Part shown: piece after piece, positions 49,643 to 59,377 of the stretch
Layout of the letters: every line of letters starts with the position of its first letter
Numbering within the stretch: the first letter of the stretch is position 1
Source of the DNA: Candidatus Scalinduaceae bacterium
Lineage (GTDB): Bacteria; Planctomycetota; Brocadiia; Brocadiales; Scalinduaceae
Assembly (NCBI GenBank): GCA_046759445.1
Contig: JBHICG010000001.1
Coordinates: forward strand, 32,001 to 96,000
Reading direction: 5' to 3'
DNA length: 64,000 bases
The notes under the pieces: generated by a model
Databases searched by the model: none
Told to the model about the DNA's origin: nothing
The model's input: only the letters and a program-made list of their open reading frames with translations
Translations under genes and position numbers: made by a program

Positions 49643-52600
49643 ATGGGACTTGTTAAAGCAGCATTAAAAAATCCATATTTGGTTATCGTAATGGCTCTGG
49701 CAATTATAGTCATAGGGGTAACGTCCTTTTTTCGTTTACCTGCAGACTTACTCCCAATATTTAAGACTCCAGCAGTACAGATCTTGACCTTCTATCCCGG
49801 GATGCCGGCAGTGGTTATGGAACGAGATATTATGTCACGTCTGGAACGTTGGACTGGGCAGTCAATAGGCATCGAACATCAAGAGGCCAAAGCAATGATA
49901 GGGGTCTGCGTGGTAAAGGACTTTTTCAGGGAAGACATTGACCCGAATACGGCCATGTCTCAGGTGACGTCACTTGCCATGTCTGATCTTTTCTACATGC
50001 CTCCGGGCACAATTCCCCCAATGATAATGCCCTTTGACCCTACAGCTTCAATACCCCTTTGCCTCTTAAGCATATCCAGTCCAACGATGAGCGAAAAAGA
50101 ACTCTATGATGTTGCATATTTTGAGCTTAGGAATCGTCTTCAGAGTATCTCCGGGGTAATTGCGCCTGCCGTGTATGGTGGTGTACTCAGAAGAATACTT
50201 ACATATGTCGATCGTGACGAGCTTGAAGCTCGCGGACTTTCTCCCATGGACGTTGTGAATGCGCTTAAACGTTCAAATTTAATGATTCCCACTGGTAATG
50301 CCAAGTTTGGTATGCTTGATTACCAGATAAACTCGAACGCAATGGTTACGGAGGTTGCAGAGCTTAATGATATACCTATCAAGGTAGAAAAAGGGGCTAC
50401 AGTATTTCTTCGTGATGTGGCAACTGCAGAGGATTCTTATCAGATTCAGACAAACATAGTTCGTGTCAACGGCAAGAGGCAGGTTTATATCCCTATTTAT
50501 CGTCAACCAGGCGCTAATACCATTCAAATTGTTAATGAAGTACGTAATAGAAGTGGAAGGATTCTACAAAGACTTAAAGAGATGGATCCGAGAGTAAAGG
50601 ACATGCGTATGGACGTGGTTATGGATCAATCAGTTTCTGTCAAGAATACGATTAATGGTTTAAAGTATGCAGGTATCCTTGGCGCTGTTTTAGCGGCAAT
50701 TGTTGTATGGGTTTTTCTGGCCAATGTACGTTCAACAGTTATAATCCTTATATCACTTCCTTTAGCTATGCTTGTCGCATTCATAGGATTATTTTTTTCC
50801 AAGAACTCGCTTAATAGCATGACACTGGGAGGTCTTGCGCTGGCTGTAGGTATCCTGATTGACCAATCAATCGTGGTACTGGATAACATTGTTAGACATC
50901 TTCGAATGGGAGATAAATCGCCTATGAAAGCTGCGTTGGATGGCGCAACAGAGGTAGCCGGCCCGGTGCTGATTTCTACTATTACGTTTGCAGTGGTTTT
51001 TTATCCTATAGTCTTCCTTTCAGGGATGGCAAAGTTCCTCTTTACGCCACTGGCCCTGGCTGCTACCTTCGCTATTGTTGCTTCCTACCTCATAGCTATG
51101 ACGGTAGTTCCCGCATGCTGCGCCAAATTCTTACGTAAAACTGCCATAAAAAAAAGCACGCGTAAGCAGGATACTAATAACGAAAGGTTTGACGTTATAG
51201 CCTTGTTTTATGAAAGAATTTTGAGATCAGTTTTACAGAGAAAGCCGATTATTCTTCTAACCGTTTTTATCCTGTTTTTAGTTTCTATATTTATCTTTCA
51301 GAGGACTGGAACAGAACTCTTTCCTCAAGTGGATGCAGGTCAGTTTATGTTACTTGTTCGTTCTCCTTCAGGTACTCGTATAGAAGAAAGTGAAAGATTG
51401 ATTAAGGAGGTAGAAGTGGAAATCCAGGATGTGATGGGGATGGCTGATCCTGAGGGCCATAATCCTGCATCAGACTTGCGCATGATGGTTTCTAATATCG
51501 GAGTCCTTATGGATTGGCCTGCCGCATATACGCCTAATTCCGGCCCTATGGATTCATTTATATTGGTACAGCTAAAGGAAAACGCAAGGAATGGGACATT
51601 CAGTTACGTTAATATATTACGCAAAAAATTAAGAGAAGGATTTCCAGGAGTTGAGTTTGCCTTTGATACAGGTGGTATGTTAACGGCCGCGCTTAATTTT
51701 GGGCTACCATCTCCCATTAATATTCAGATTGAAGGAAGCCGTCTCGAGACGTCTTATGAAATAGCTAAAGCAATAGTACATGAGGTGAAAAAGGTTCCAG
51801 GAACTGCTGACGTTCGCATTGCACAGCGTCTTGATTATCCAGCCATAGACATTGAGGTGGATAGAGTAAAGGCTGCACATCTGGGTATCAGTCAGGAGGA
51901 CGTCGTGAAAAACATCGTCACAACGCTTAATTCGAGTGTTAATTTTGACCCCGCATTCTGGATAGACCACCGCAGTGGTAACCATTACTTTATTGGAGCT
52001 CAATACCTTGAAGACGATATCCGTTCACTACAAACACTTGAAAACATTCCTATTACCAGCTCAGATACGATGAGAGCAACTGTTCTAAAAAATATCGCTA
52101 CTTTCAAACGTACAACAGCGCCTGCAGTAGTAAATCACCTGAATATTACGAGAGTTATCGATGTCTATGCAAATGTATCTGGCAGGGACGTTGGTTCTAT
52201 TGCTGCAGAAATTGAAGAAAGATTAGAGAGGTCTGGAAAACTACAGACATTGATGGCAGAATACAAACCAAAGGGTTATACATACCATATTCGTGGGGAA
52301 GTACAAAGTATGCAAGAGTCTTTCAAGCAGTTTGGAACAGGTTTGGTTATTGCGACTATGCTTGTTTATCTGGTTATGGTTGCGCAATTCAGGTCTTTTC
52401 GTGACCCCTTTATAATCTTATTCACAGTCCCTCTTGGTTTCATTGGTGTTGCATTCATGCTTTACTTTACAAATACTAATCTTAATATTCAATCCTTCAT
52501 GGGGATTATTATGATGGTAGGGATTGTTGTTGCATATAGTGTACTTCTGGTAGAGTTTGCTAACAGACTCCAGGAGAAAGGAGTTTCTATAGAAGAGGCC

Positions 52601-52837
52601 ATTGTACAGGCTGCACGGATACGTCTTAGACCCATCTTAATGACCTCATTGACTACTATATTTGCCCTTTTACCGATGGCAGTTGACCTTGGGAACTCGG
52701 GCGGAGCAAATGTGCCTTTGGCACGCGCAATTATAGGTGGGGTACTGGGCGCTTTAATACTAAGTTTAATAGTCGTCCCTTCACTCTATACCATTTTTGC
52801 TAAAAAGGAAAAAAGTTTATGCCTGATAATAAAATAA
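49643..52837 (+). CDS. RND efflux permease
   Basis: 1064 aa; N.MTLGGLALAVG.L.D..IVV..N, F.PLA, RLRPILMT, PLA.A..GG. Confidence 0.93.
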   Translation: MGLVKAALKNPYLVIVMALAIIVIGVTSFFRLPADLLPIFKTPAVQILTFYPGMPAVVMERDIMSRLERWTGQSIGIEHQEAKAMIGVCVVKDFFREDIDPNTAMSQVTSLAMSDLFYMPPGTIPPMIMPFDPTASIPLCLLSISSPTMSEKELYDVAYFELRNRLQSISGVIAPAVYGGVLRRILTYVDRDELEARGLSPMDVVNALKRSNLMIPTGNAKFGMLDYQINSNAMVTEVAELNDIPIKVEKGATVFLRDVATAEDSYQIQTNIVRVNGKRQVYIPIYRQPGANTIQIVNEVRNRSGRILQRLKEMDPRVKDMRMDVVMDQSVSVKNTINGLKYAGILGAVLAAIVVWVFLANVRSTVIILISLPLAMLVAFIGLFFSKNSLNSMTLGGLALAVGILIDQSIVVLDNIVRHLRMGDKSPMKAALDGATEVAGPVLISTITFAVVFYPIVFLSGMAKFLFTPLALAATFAIVASYLIAMTVVPACCAKFLRKTAIKKSTRKQDTNNERFDVIALFYERILRSVLQRKPIILLTVFILFLVSIFIFQRTGTELFPQVDAGQFMLLVRSPSGTRIEESERLIKEVEVEIQDVMGMADPEGHNPASDLRMMVSNIGVLMDWPAAYTPNSGPMDSFILVQLKENARNGTFSYVNILRKKLREGFPGVEFAFDTGGMLTAALNFGLPSPINIQIEGSRLETSYEIAKAIVHEVKKVPGTADVRIAQRLDYPAIDIEVDRVKAAHLGISQEDVVKNIVTTLNSSVNFDPAFWIDHRSGNHYFIGAQYLEDDIRSLQTLENIPITSSDTMRATVLKNIATFKRTTAPAVVNHLNITRVIDVYANVSGRDVGSIAAEIEERLERSGKLQTLMAEYKPKGYTYHIRGEVQSMQESFKQFGTGLVIATMLVYLVMVAQFRSFRDPFIILFTVPLGFIGVAFMLYFTNTNLNIQSFMGIIMMVGIVVAYSVLLVEFANRLQEKGVSIEEAIVQAARIRLRPILMTSLTTIFALLPMAVDLGNSGGANVPLARAIIGGVLGALILSLIVVPSLYTIFAKKEKSLCLIIK

Positions 52838-54018
52838 AAATACCTAAGATTACGTTAGCTATCAGTGGAATACTCATATTCCTTGCTGGAGGTATAATTG
52901 CAAGTCTTCTATCTCCCCGGGGGCGTCAGTTAGAAAATATGAACCAAGGCAAGGTTAAGACAACTGAAACTCCTCACGTGAGTGTTCAAAATCCCTTACG
53001 CAAAACAATACATCGAACGATCTTACTTCCTGGCGATATCTTCCCGTGGGAGCAAGCCACCCTATTTTCAAAGATCGCCGGGTACCTTGAAGAGATTCGA
53101 TTCGATAAAGGTGACTGGGTAAAGGAGGGAGACATAATAGCCAGGATAGCTGTTCCAGAACTTGAAAACGAATTGGAAAAGGAGCAAGCGGAATTGGCGC
53201 AGTGTAAGGCCGATATTGCGCGTGCAGACGCCGAAGTTAGATTAAGAGAGATTATATATAAACGTCTGTCGGAGGTTCGAGCAACAAGTAAGGATATGGT
53301 ATCAGAGGAACAGGTTGATGAAGCCAGCGGAAAGCTTGAGGTGGCAAAGGCAGAACTTGTCCTCTCAAAAAGTCGCAGTAACGTTGCCCGAGCAAACATA
53401 GAAAGGACAAAGACTTTCCTGGATTATACGATAATAAAGGCCCCTTTTACGGGCGTAATTACCAATAGATGGGTAGATCCCGGCGCCTTAATTCAAGTTG
53501 CGACTACTTCACAGAAAGATGTAGCTCCCATTGTGCACCTTATGGAAATAAATACCGTAAGAGTTCAGGTGCATATTCCCGAACCAGATACTCCTTACAT
53601 CGATATCGGTAAAAATGTTAAATTGACCGTTGACGAACTCCCGGGAAAGGTCTTTGAGTCAGGCATTTCCAGATTTTCATGGGCGCTTGAAAGAGGGACA
53701 CGAACAATGCTGGTAGAGATAGACTTCCCCAATGATGGTTATTTTTTGCGTCCCGGTATGTTTGCGAAGGTTATTATCAATCTAGAGGCACACAAAGATG
53801 TCCTGACGGTTCCCGCTGAATCTCTTATTACCGAAAAGGACAAGGCATACGTTTATGTAGTAAATGACAGTACGGTAAGGAAGGTATCGCTAAAGACTGG
53901 TATTGATGACGGAATTATAGTTGAAATCCTGGACGGCTTGGACGAAAATGACAAAGTAATAGTTGCTGGAAAACACTTGGTAAGTGAAGGAGAAGCCGTT
54001 ATCACCACAGAATTATAA
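52819..54018 (+). CDS. RND periplasmic adaptor (MFP)
   Basis: GD.VKEG, alpha-hairpin, I.APF.G.I..R.VDPG, TRT..VE, LRPGMF. Confidence 0.92.
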   Translation: MPDNKIKIPKITLAISGILIFLAGGIIASLLSPRGRQLENMNQGKVKTTETPHVSVQNPLRKTIHRTILLPGDIFPWEQATLFSKIAGYLEEIRFDKGDWVKEGDIIARIAVPELENELEKEQAELAQCKADIARADAEVRLREIIYKRLSEVRATSKDMVSEEQVDEASGKLEVAKAELVLSKSRSNVARANIERTKTFLDYTIIKAPFTGVITNRWVDPGALIQVATTSQKDVAPIVHLMEINTVRVQVHIPEPDTPYIDIGKNVKLTVDELPGKVFESGISRFSWALERGTRTMLVEIDFPNDGYFLRPGMFAKVIINLEAHKDVLTVPAESLITEKDKAYVYVVNDSTVRKVSLKTGIDDGIIVEILDGLDENDKVIVAGKHLVSEGEAVITTEL

Positions 54019-54069
54019 AATTGGTAAAAATTATTGATGCAGTATAGTTTATTTAGCTATATTAGTTAT

Positions 54070-54320
54070 AATCCGAAGCACGAAACCCGAAATCCGAAAC
54101 AATATCGAATAACCAACCCTGAATCAAGTTCAGGACAAAACAAAAATCTAGCAACCTGTTTTGAACATTCAGTCATTTGAATTTAGAATTTGCTCGCCCT
54201 GTTAGATAACTTTGATTTTTAATTGTGTGTTACATAATAAAAGGGGTAATAATTTTTATAAGTGTTAAGAATAAAACATATCTAACAGGGTAAAGAGTTT
54301 CGGTATTCTTATTTCGGATT
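54070..54320. repeat. Composite nested repeat: heptamer-type inverted repeat containing a CCTGAA/TTCAGG hairpin and a CCCTGTTAGATA-bounded mini-element (54197-54290)
   Basis: AATCCGAA/AACCCGA/AATCCGA repeats at left, TTTCGGATT at right; internal perfect 12-bp inverted repeats. Confidence 0.65.
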
Positions 54321-54407
54321 TTTACGATTACGATTATCCAAATGAAATACATTTCTCCGGCATTGTTTTTTAAGAAATGCTAACTCATTTTCTTTCGTTT
54401 ATTTACT

Positions 54408-55823
54408 TTGAAAGGTTTTTTATTGCATTTATATGCTACCTTAATAACGTTATTTATCATATCAATATTATCAGGATGTGGTTTACATTCGCAAACGTGG
54501 GAAACACCATGGTTAAGGGAACCTGCGCAATACCAGCCACCACCAGAACTGTTAGAAAAAAATAATTATGCTCCTGACAATAAGGCAAAAGCTCAAGGAT
54601 ACCCAATAGACTTGCCAACTGTTCTTCGCCTTGCAGGTGCACAGCCTCTAGAGCTGGCCATTGTTCGTGAAAAGGTTCATGATGCATACGCAAAGGTATT
54701 ACTCTCCAGAGAAAAATTTATCCCTAATATCATCCCAGAGGTTGAGTTTTCCAGACATGAGGAAGAGATTCAGGCAACTGCAGGACAGTTTTTTGAGGTG
54801 GACAAACAATTCATGTTTCCAAGGACAAAGGTGAACCTGGAGTTGGACGTTGGAGATGCAATCTACTCCACCCTTGCAGCCCAACAGCGTTATCATGCAA
54901 GCAAGGCAAAAATGGAAGCAACGACTAGAAATATTGTCCTGAAAGCCGTCATTGCATATTTCGAACTTCTTCAATCTCAGGCCGAGGTAAAGATTGGTGA
55001 AGAAGCCAAGAAAATATCTGAAACCCTAATCCGACAAACAGAAGCAGCCGTAAGCCTTGGTAAAGGGTTTAAGGGAGATGTGCTGCGAGCAAAGGCGCAA
55101 CTGGCCAGTGACCGCCTAGCGTTGACGAAGACAAAAGAGACACTTAGGATATCATCAGTGAATCTTGTTAATATCTTGAGGCTTGATCCGAAAATAAACC
55201 TCTTCCCTGCTGATCGCATTGCAACACCCATTCATCTTATACCTAAAGACAAAAACATAGAGAAACTTGTCCAGAACGCCGTTGAACAGAGACCGGAATT
55301 AAAAGAGGCTTCAGCGTTGCTTAGTTCCAGTAAGAAGGAGAAGGCTGCTTCAGTTTGGGGACCGATGATACCTTCTGTTCAGGCCGATATTAGAGCTGGT
55401 AGCTTTGGACCGACCCTTGATAATCTTAAGAGCACTGAGAGATATAACTTCTCATTAGGTTGGAAAGTAGGTTCTGGCGGTCTTTTTTATAAGGGCCGCA
55501 GGGAATTGGCTGATGCCAAATATCGTTCTTCGGAAATAAGATTAGCAAAGCTAGTACAGGACATTATACAGCAGGTGTTAGTCGCACATACTCAGGTAAA
55601 TGCCAAGCACGAGCAGATGTCTATTGCCGAACAAGGGGTTAAAGATGCTGAGGAATCACTGAAACTTAACGAAGCTCGATTAAGAATGGGAATAGGACTC
55701 CCTCTTGAAGTGCTTCAGGCACAAAAGGCATTGATACAGGCAAGGAGGGATTACGTTTCATCAATTATTGGTTACAACAAGGCTCAATATAGACTTTTTG
55801 TAAGTATTGGGAATAAGCCCTAG
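54408..55823 (+). CDS. TolC-family outer membrane efflux lipoprotein
   Basis: Lipobox LSGC, two OEP repeats (AYFEL...DVLRA; G....LEVL.AQ...YN.A...L), downstream of RND/MFP. Confidence 0.88.
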   Translation: MKGFLLHLYATLITLFIISILSGCGLHSQTWETPWLREPAQYQPPPELLEKNNYAPDNKAKAQGYPIDLPTVLRLAGAQPLELAIVREKVHDAYAKVLLSREKFIPNIIPEVEFSRHEEEIQATAGQFFEVDKQFMFPRTKVNLELDVGDAIYSTLAAQQRYHASKAKMEATTRNIVLKAVIAYFELLQSQAEVKIGEEAKKISETLIRQTEAAVSLGKGFKGDVLRAKAQLASDRLALTKTKETLRISSVNLVNILRLDPKINLFPADRIATPIHLIPKDKNIEKLVQNAVEQRPELKEASALLSSSKKEKAASVWGPMIPSVQADIRAGSFGPTLDNLKSTERYNFSLGWKVGSGGLFYKGRRELADAKYRSSEIRLAKLVQDIIQQVLVAHTQVNAKHEQMSIAEQGVKDAEESLKLNEARLRMGIGLPLEVLQAQKALIQARRDYVSSIIGYNKAQYRLFVSIGNKP

Positions 55824-56102
55824 TGCTTTAGTAAATCATTATAACACTATGACGGATGTTACAAGGGCTATAGTTCCTAACACGGATGAATTCAATAAAA
55901 ACGCTGATTGAGCTAGCACAACAGTGCCAATTTATTCGAGTCTTGACCATGTCAAGATTCCCCAACTCTATCAGATGAGTTGGCATAATCTCCCGTAACT
56001 GCTTCTTCATAATCTTATACGATCCTCTGCCTATTTGTCAATAACTTGAGACTATATCCTCGGTTTTTTTAAAAAGCTTAGAGATTGTGGCTACGTTTTT
56101 CT

Positions 56103-56125
56103 GGAAGCCTAAAGGCTTCCGCTAC
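56103..56125 (-). repeat. GTAG-type REP hairpin
   Basis: Minus strand GTAGCGGAAGCCTTTAGGCTTCC. Confidence 0.55.
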
Positions 56126-56188
56126 AGGCTTTTGTATGTTGACCTGAATTTTCTTACTTTGATCCATTTCTCATTTTTCTACTTTCCG

Positions 56189-56214
56189 GGAATATTTTCT
56201 ATTTATGATTTGTC
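56189..56214 (+). promoter_or_regulatory. Candidate SigH/SigR-type ECF promoter
   Basis: GGAAT-N18-GTC about 60 nt upstream of 56276. Confidence 0.5.
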
Positions 56215-56275
56215 ATTAACATGAGAAGGCTTAAGAGCTTTCTATTAACAAACTGCTTAAAATTGGAGGTGTATC

Positions 56276-56677
56276 ATGCTTAAGAAATTGATACTTGTAT
56301 TAATACCTGTACTTATCATTTCGTTTGTTGTAAATACAAGTTATGGGGATAAAAAGTCTAAGACTTTTTCTGGCATTCTGGTTGATACAAAGTGCTATGC
56401 CATGAATAACGAAAATGTTACTAATGACCATGGAAAGATGAAGGGTTGTGCTGCTATGTGTGCCAAGATGGGAATTCCAGTTGGTTTACTGATTGACGGT
56501 AAGAAAAACGGAAAGGTTTATGTCCTCGCAGTTCCTGCGCCAAAGCTTGCGGATCATATGGGTAAATGGGCAAGGGTTACCGGTGTCGAAAAATTTAAAC
56601 GTGGATTAGTCCTGGAAAAGATCGAGGTTAAAAAGGGAGAAATATACGAAGAGGTAAAGATTCAAACAATGATGTAA
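56276..56677 (+). CDS. Small exported Cys/His/Met-rich protein
   Basis: GGAGG RBS, signal peptide, G.LVD.KCY...DH...CAAMCAKMGIP.GLL. Confidence 0.8.
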   Translation: MLKKLILVLIPVLIISFVVNTSYGDKKSKTFSGILVDTKCYAMNNENVTNDHGKMKGCAAMCAKMGIPVGLLIDGKKNGKVYVLAVPAPKLADHMGKWARVTGVEKFKRGLVLEKIEVKKGEIYEEVKIQTMM

Positions 56678-56916
56678 TGCCCATACTTAAACAAAAAGTT
56701 TAAGATTTTTGGAATTTCGAACGTTTTACTGGAAACTAGAATTTGACACTTTGTTGGGATTTAAAATTTCCAAATACCAATTATCATGTATAATTCAAAT
56801 CTTGAAATAGCAGAAAGAATTTTCGTAATTCAGGATGTTACTAAAAAGAGTATTAAGGTTGCCTTCATTCATAAAAAGTCTGTACCAATTTATTTCCTTA
56901 AGAGAAGGGTGAAAAG

Positions 56917-57183
56917 TTGGAAAACAAATACGTTAAAAGGTTAAAGGTTGGGGATAAGATTTGTTTGTTCAAAAAAGATGGAATATTACCAATTGTATGT
57001 GGTTTAATAGATTTTTTTGATGAAGAAAAGGACAAAGTATCCATAAAAGTTGATGAAGGCTCGCTTAAACTTACAAAGCATCTATATGATTTTGTGAATC
57101 TTTCGACCCTGAGTGATTCAGGGTCGAAAGACCTGGTCGAACGATTGAGGCAACAATTCATGCAATTTTCAGGGATAATATAA
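56917..57183 (+). CDS. Small hypothetical protein carrying an internal palindrome
   Basis: 88 aa, ends 1 nt before sigma factor 2; TTG start. Confidence 0.45.
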   Translation: MENKYVKRLKVGDKICLFKKDGILPIVCGLIDFFDEEKDKVSIKVDEGSLKLTKHLYDFVNLSTLSDSGSKDLVERLRQQFMQFSGII

Positions 57184-57184
57184 C

Positions 57185-57727
57185 GTGAGTCAAAGAGATA
57201 GTCTTCTTATTCACATAGATGCCTTATACAGGTCAGCATTATATCTTGTCAAAAAGGAAAATAGTGCAGATGATCTGGTTCAGGAAACATATTTAAGGGC
57301 ATTCAAATTTCTCAGCGAAGACAAAGAAATTAATAATGAAAAAGCATGGTTATTTAAAATACTAATTAACACTTTTATAAATCAGTACCGGAAAGACAAA
57401 AGAGAACCTTCTCTGGTCGATTTTGATAGCATTGAATCCTTTCACGAATCAATAGAAGAAGAGGCTTTAATGTTGTCAAATACAGAAAACATGGCAGAAT
57501 TAGATAAATTGTTGGACGACGACGTAAAAAAAGCTCTGGAAAGTTTACCCGATGATTTTAGAATGGTAGTCTTGCTTTCTACTGTCGAAGGTTTTTCTTA
57601 TAAAGAAATTTCAGAAATGGTTAAATGCCCAATCGGCACAGTAATGTCTAGAATATATAGGGGACGAAAGATGTTAAAGGAAAAATTAGCCAGTTACGCA
57701 AAGAAACATGGTTATGGGAAAGGATAA
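57185..57727 (+). CDS. ECF sigma factor 2 (SigH/SigR-like)
   Basis: ADDLVQETYLRAF, AWLFKIL.NTFIN.YRK, EGFSYKEI....CPIGTVMSRIYRGRK.L. Confidence 0.92.
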   Translation: MSQRDSLLIHIDALYRSALYLVKKENSADDLVQETYLRAFKFLSEDKEINNEKAWLFKILINTFINQYRKDKREPSLVDFDSIESFHESIEEEALMLSNTENMAELDKLLDDDVKKALESLPDDFRMVVLLSTVEGFSYKEISEMVKCPIGTVMSRIYRGRKMLKEKLASYAKKHGYGKG

Positions 57728-57730
57728 GAA

Positions 57731-58537
57731 ATGAATTGCAATAACGTTAGAAAATATTTTTATGCTTTTATTGATAATGAACTCGATGTAGAAAAGAATG
57801 TTGAGGTCCTCGCACATCTTGATATGTGCTATGAATGTAGCCATAAAATAGAAAGGGAACGGCTACTTCAGAAAAGAGTGAAAGAAACTGTTTGTACGGT
57901 TAAAGCTCCTGACTATCTTGAACATATGATCTTAAAGAAGACAGAACGAAAACCTAACTTCTTTACTCTACTTAGAAGTAACTTAATGTTAAGAAACAAC
58001 TTAATCCCTCTTGGCGCTATAGCAATAACGATAATCCTAATAGTTAGTATCTTCGTAATACAAAGCAACTTGAAGAAAAATGATGTTCTTTATCTCGCAG
58101 AGTCAAAATTTCACAACCACATAACGAAGCCATTTGAGCCTGATATACGTTCACAGGATAATGAAGTAATTATGGAGTACTTCCAAAGCAAAACAAACTT
58201 AAACATAACTTTGCCTGGTATTGAAGAGGGTACACAATTAGTTGGTGCGTCATTGTCTGAAATTAATAATGCGAAGGTTCCAATGGTCTTTTATATGCAA
58301 GAAAACAACCTAATTGCGTTGTTTATAGTTTGTAATACTGATCCCCTATCTGGGTATGGGGCAAACATTGATTTTACAAAGATGAAAGAGGTTATAGTAG
58401 ATAAGATGGTGGTATATAAAGATAATGGATTTTGTAATTCTTGTCAGGTTATTGGGTGGAAAGATGTTGGCAACCAGTATGTCATGATATCAAAGTTGAA
58501 TAGTGATAAGATGATAAAAATGCTAACTGAAGTATGA
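57731..58537 (+). CDS. Zinc-binding (ZAS) transmembrane anti-sigma factor 2
   Basis: MNC...IDNEL...HLDMCYEC, TM, periplasmic domain with CNSC. Confidence 0.88.
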   Translation: MNCNNVRKYFYAFIDNELDVEKNVEVLAHLDMCYECSHKIERERLLQKRVKETVCTVKAPDYLEHMILKKTERKPNFFTLLRSNLMLRNNLIPLGAIAITIILIVSIFVIQSNLKKNDVLYLAESKFHNHITKPFEPDIRSQDNEVIMEYFQSKTNLNITLPGIEEGTQLVGASLSEINNAKVPMVFYMQENNLIALFIVCNTDPLSGYGANIDFTKMKEVIVDKMVVYKDNGFCNSCQVIGWKDVGNQYVMISKLNSDKMIKMLTEV

Positions 58538-58547
58538 GGATAAATAA

Positions 58548-59240
58548 ATGACCAATAAAAAATCAATAATAAAATTTATAATTCTAATAACTATCGTTGC
58601 AGGCGCATTTTTTGCATTCACATATACACCCTTATCACAATATACTCAGAAAGATACACTATTGAGTATCCTTGCACAACTCAGGGAGCATTGGTGGGGA
58701 CCTATCGGTTTCATCCTTATTTATGGTATCGGGTGTGTTATTGCATTACCGGGTTCACTCTTGACTTTATGTGGTGGTGCAATATTTGGAGTGGCATGGG
58801 GTACTCTCTATAATATATTGGCTTCTAACCTGGGTGCCACTCTTGCATTCTTAATGGCAAGATACTTCGGTCGTGAATTTGTATCAAGGTTTATGAAAGG
58901 AAGAATAGAATCCTTTGATGAAAAGGTTGCCAGTAATGGTTTCAGGTTTATATTCACACTTAGATTAATACCCCTTATCCCTTTTAATGGACTTAATCTT
59001 GGCTCCGGTCTTTCCAGGATTAAGTATCGTGATTATTTGCTAGGCTCTGTCCTGGGCATGATACCAGGTACGTTTATTTATACCTATTTTGCAGACGCAC
59101 TTCTCGATGGTGTCACAGGAAGCGGAAAAAGGGCGTTTACTAACCTGATAGTTGCCAGTTCACTATTGATACTGATTTCATTTGTGCCTACTCTTTATAA
59201 GAAATTAAAAAAATCGAAAGGTATGGAGGGCATAACATAG
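58548..59240 (+). CDS. TVP38/TMEM64 (DedA superfamily) membrane protein
   Basis: LPGS.LTL.GGA.FG...G, GAT.AF..ARY, LRLIPL.PF..N, GMIPGT. Confidence 0.9.
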   Translation: MTNKKSIIKFIILITIVAGAFFAFTYTPLSQYTQKDTLLSILAQLREHWWGPIGFILIYGIGCVIALPGSLLTLCGGAIFGVAWGTLYNILASNLGATLAFLMARYFGREFVSRFMKGRIESFDEKVASNGFRFIFTLRLIPLIPFNGLNLGSGLSRIKYRDYLLGSVLGMIPGTFIYTYFADALLDGVTGSGKRAFTNLIVASSLLILISFVPTLYKKLKKSKGMEGIT

Positions 59241-59279
59241 TCACGGAGAATGTATGAATGGAGAATATTTGAACGTAAC

Positions 59280-59321
59280 TCTGGTAAGCCACACGTGGAT
59301 AGAAAACATGTGGTTACCAGA
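59280..59321. other. Intergenic stem-loop
   Basis: TCTGGTAAGCCACACGT ... ACATGTGGTTACCAGA imperfect inverted repeat. Confidence 0.45.
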
Positions 59322-59377
59322 CATTCGCAAAATTAAGGCTTTTAATTTGAAGTTAAGTTATTAGAAGGAGAAAGATT

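Noticed and set aside
55828..56010. Possible tyrosine-recombinase remnant (LREIMPTHLIE resembles LRHxxATHL)
   Set aside because: The catalytic H-x-x-R spacing and downstream LGH/Tyr are absent; too weak.
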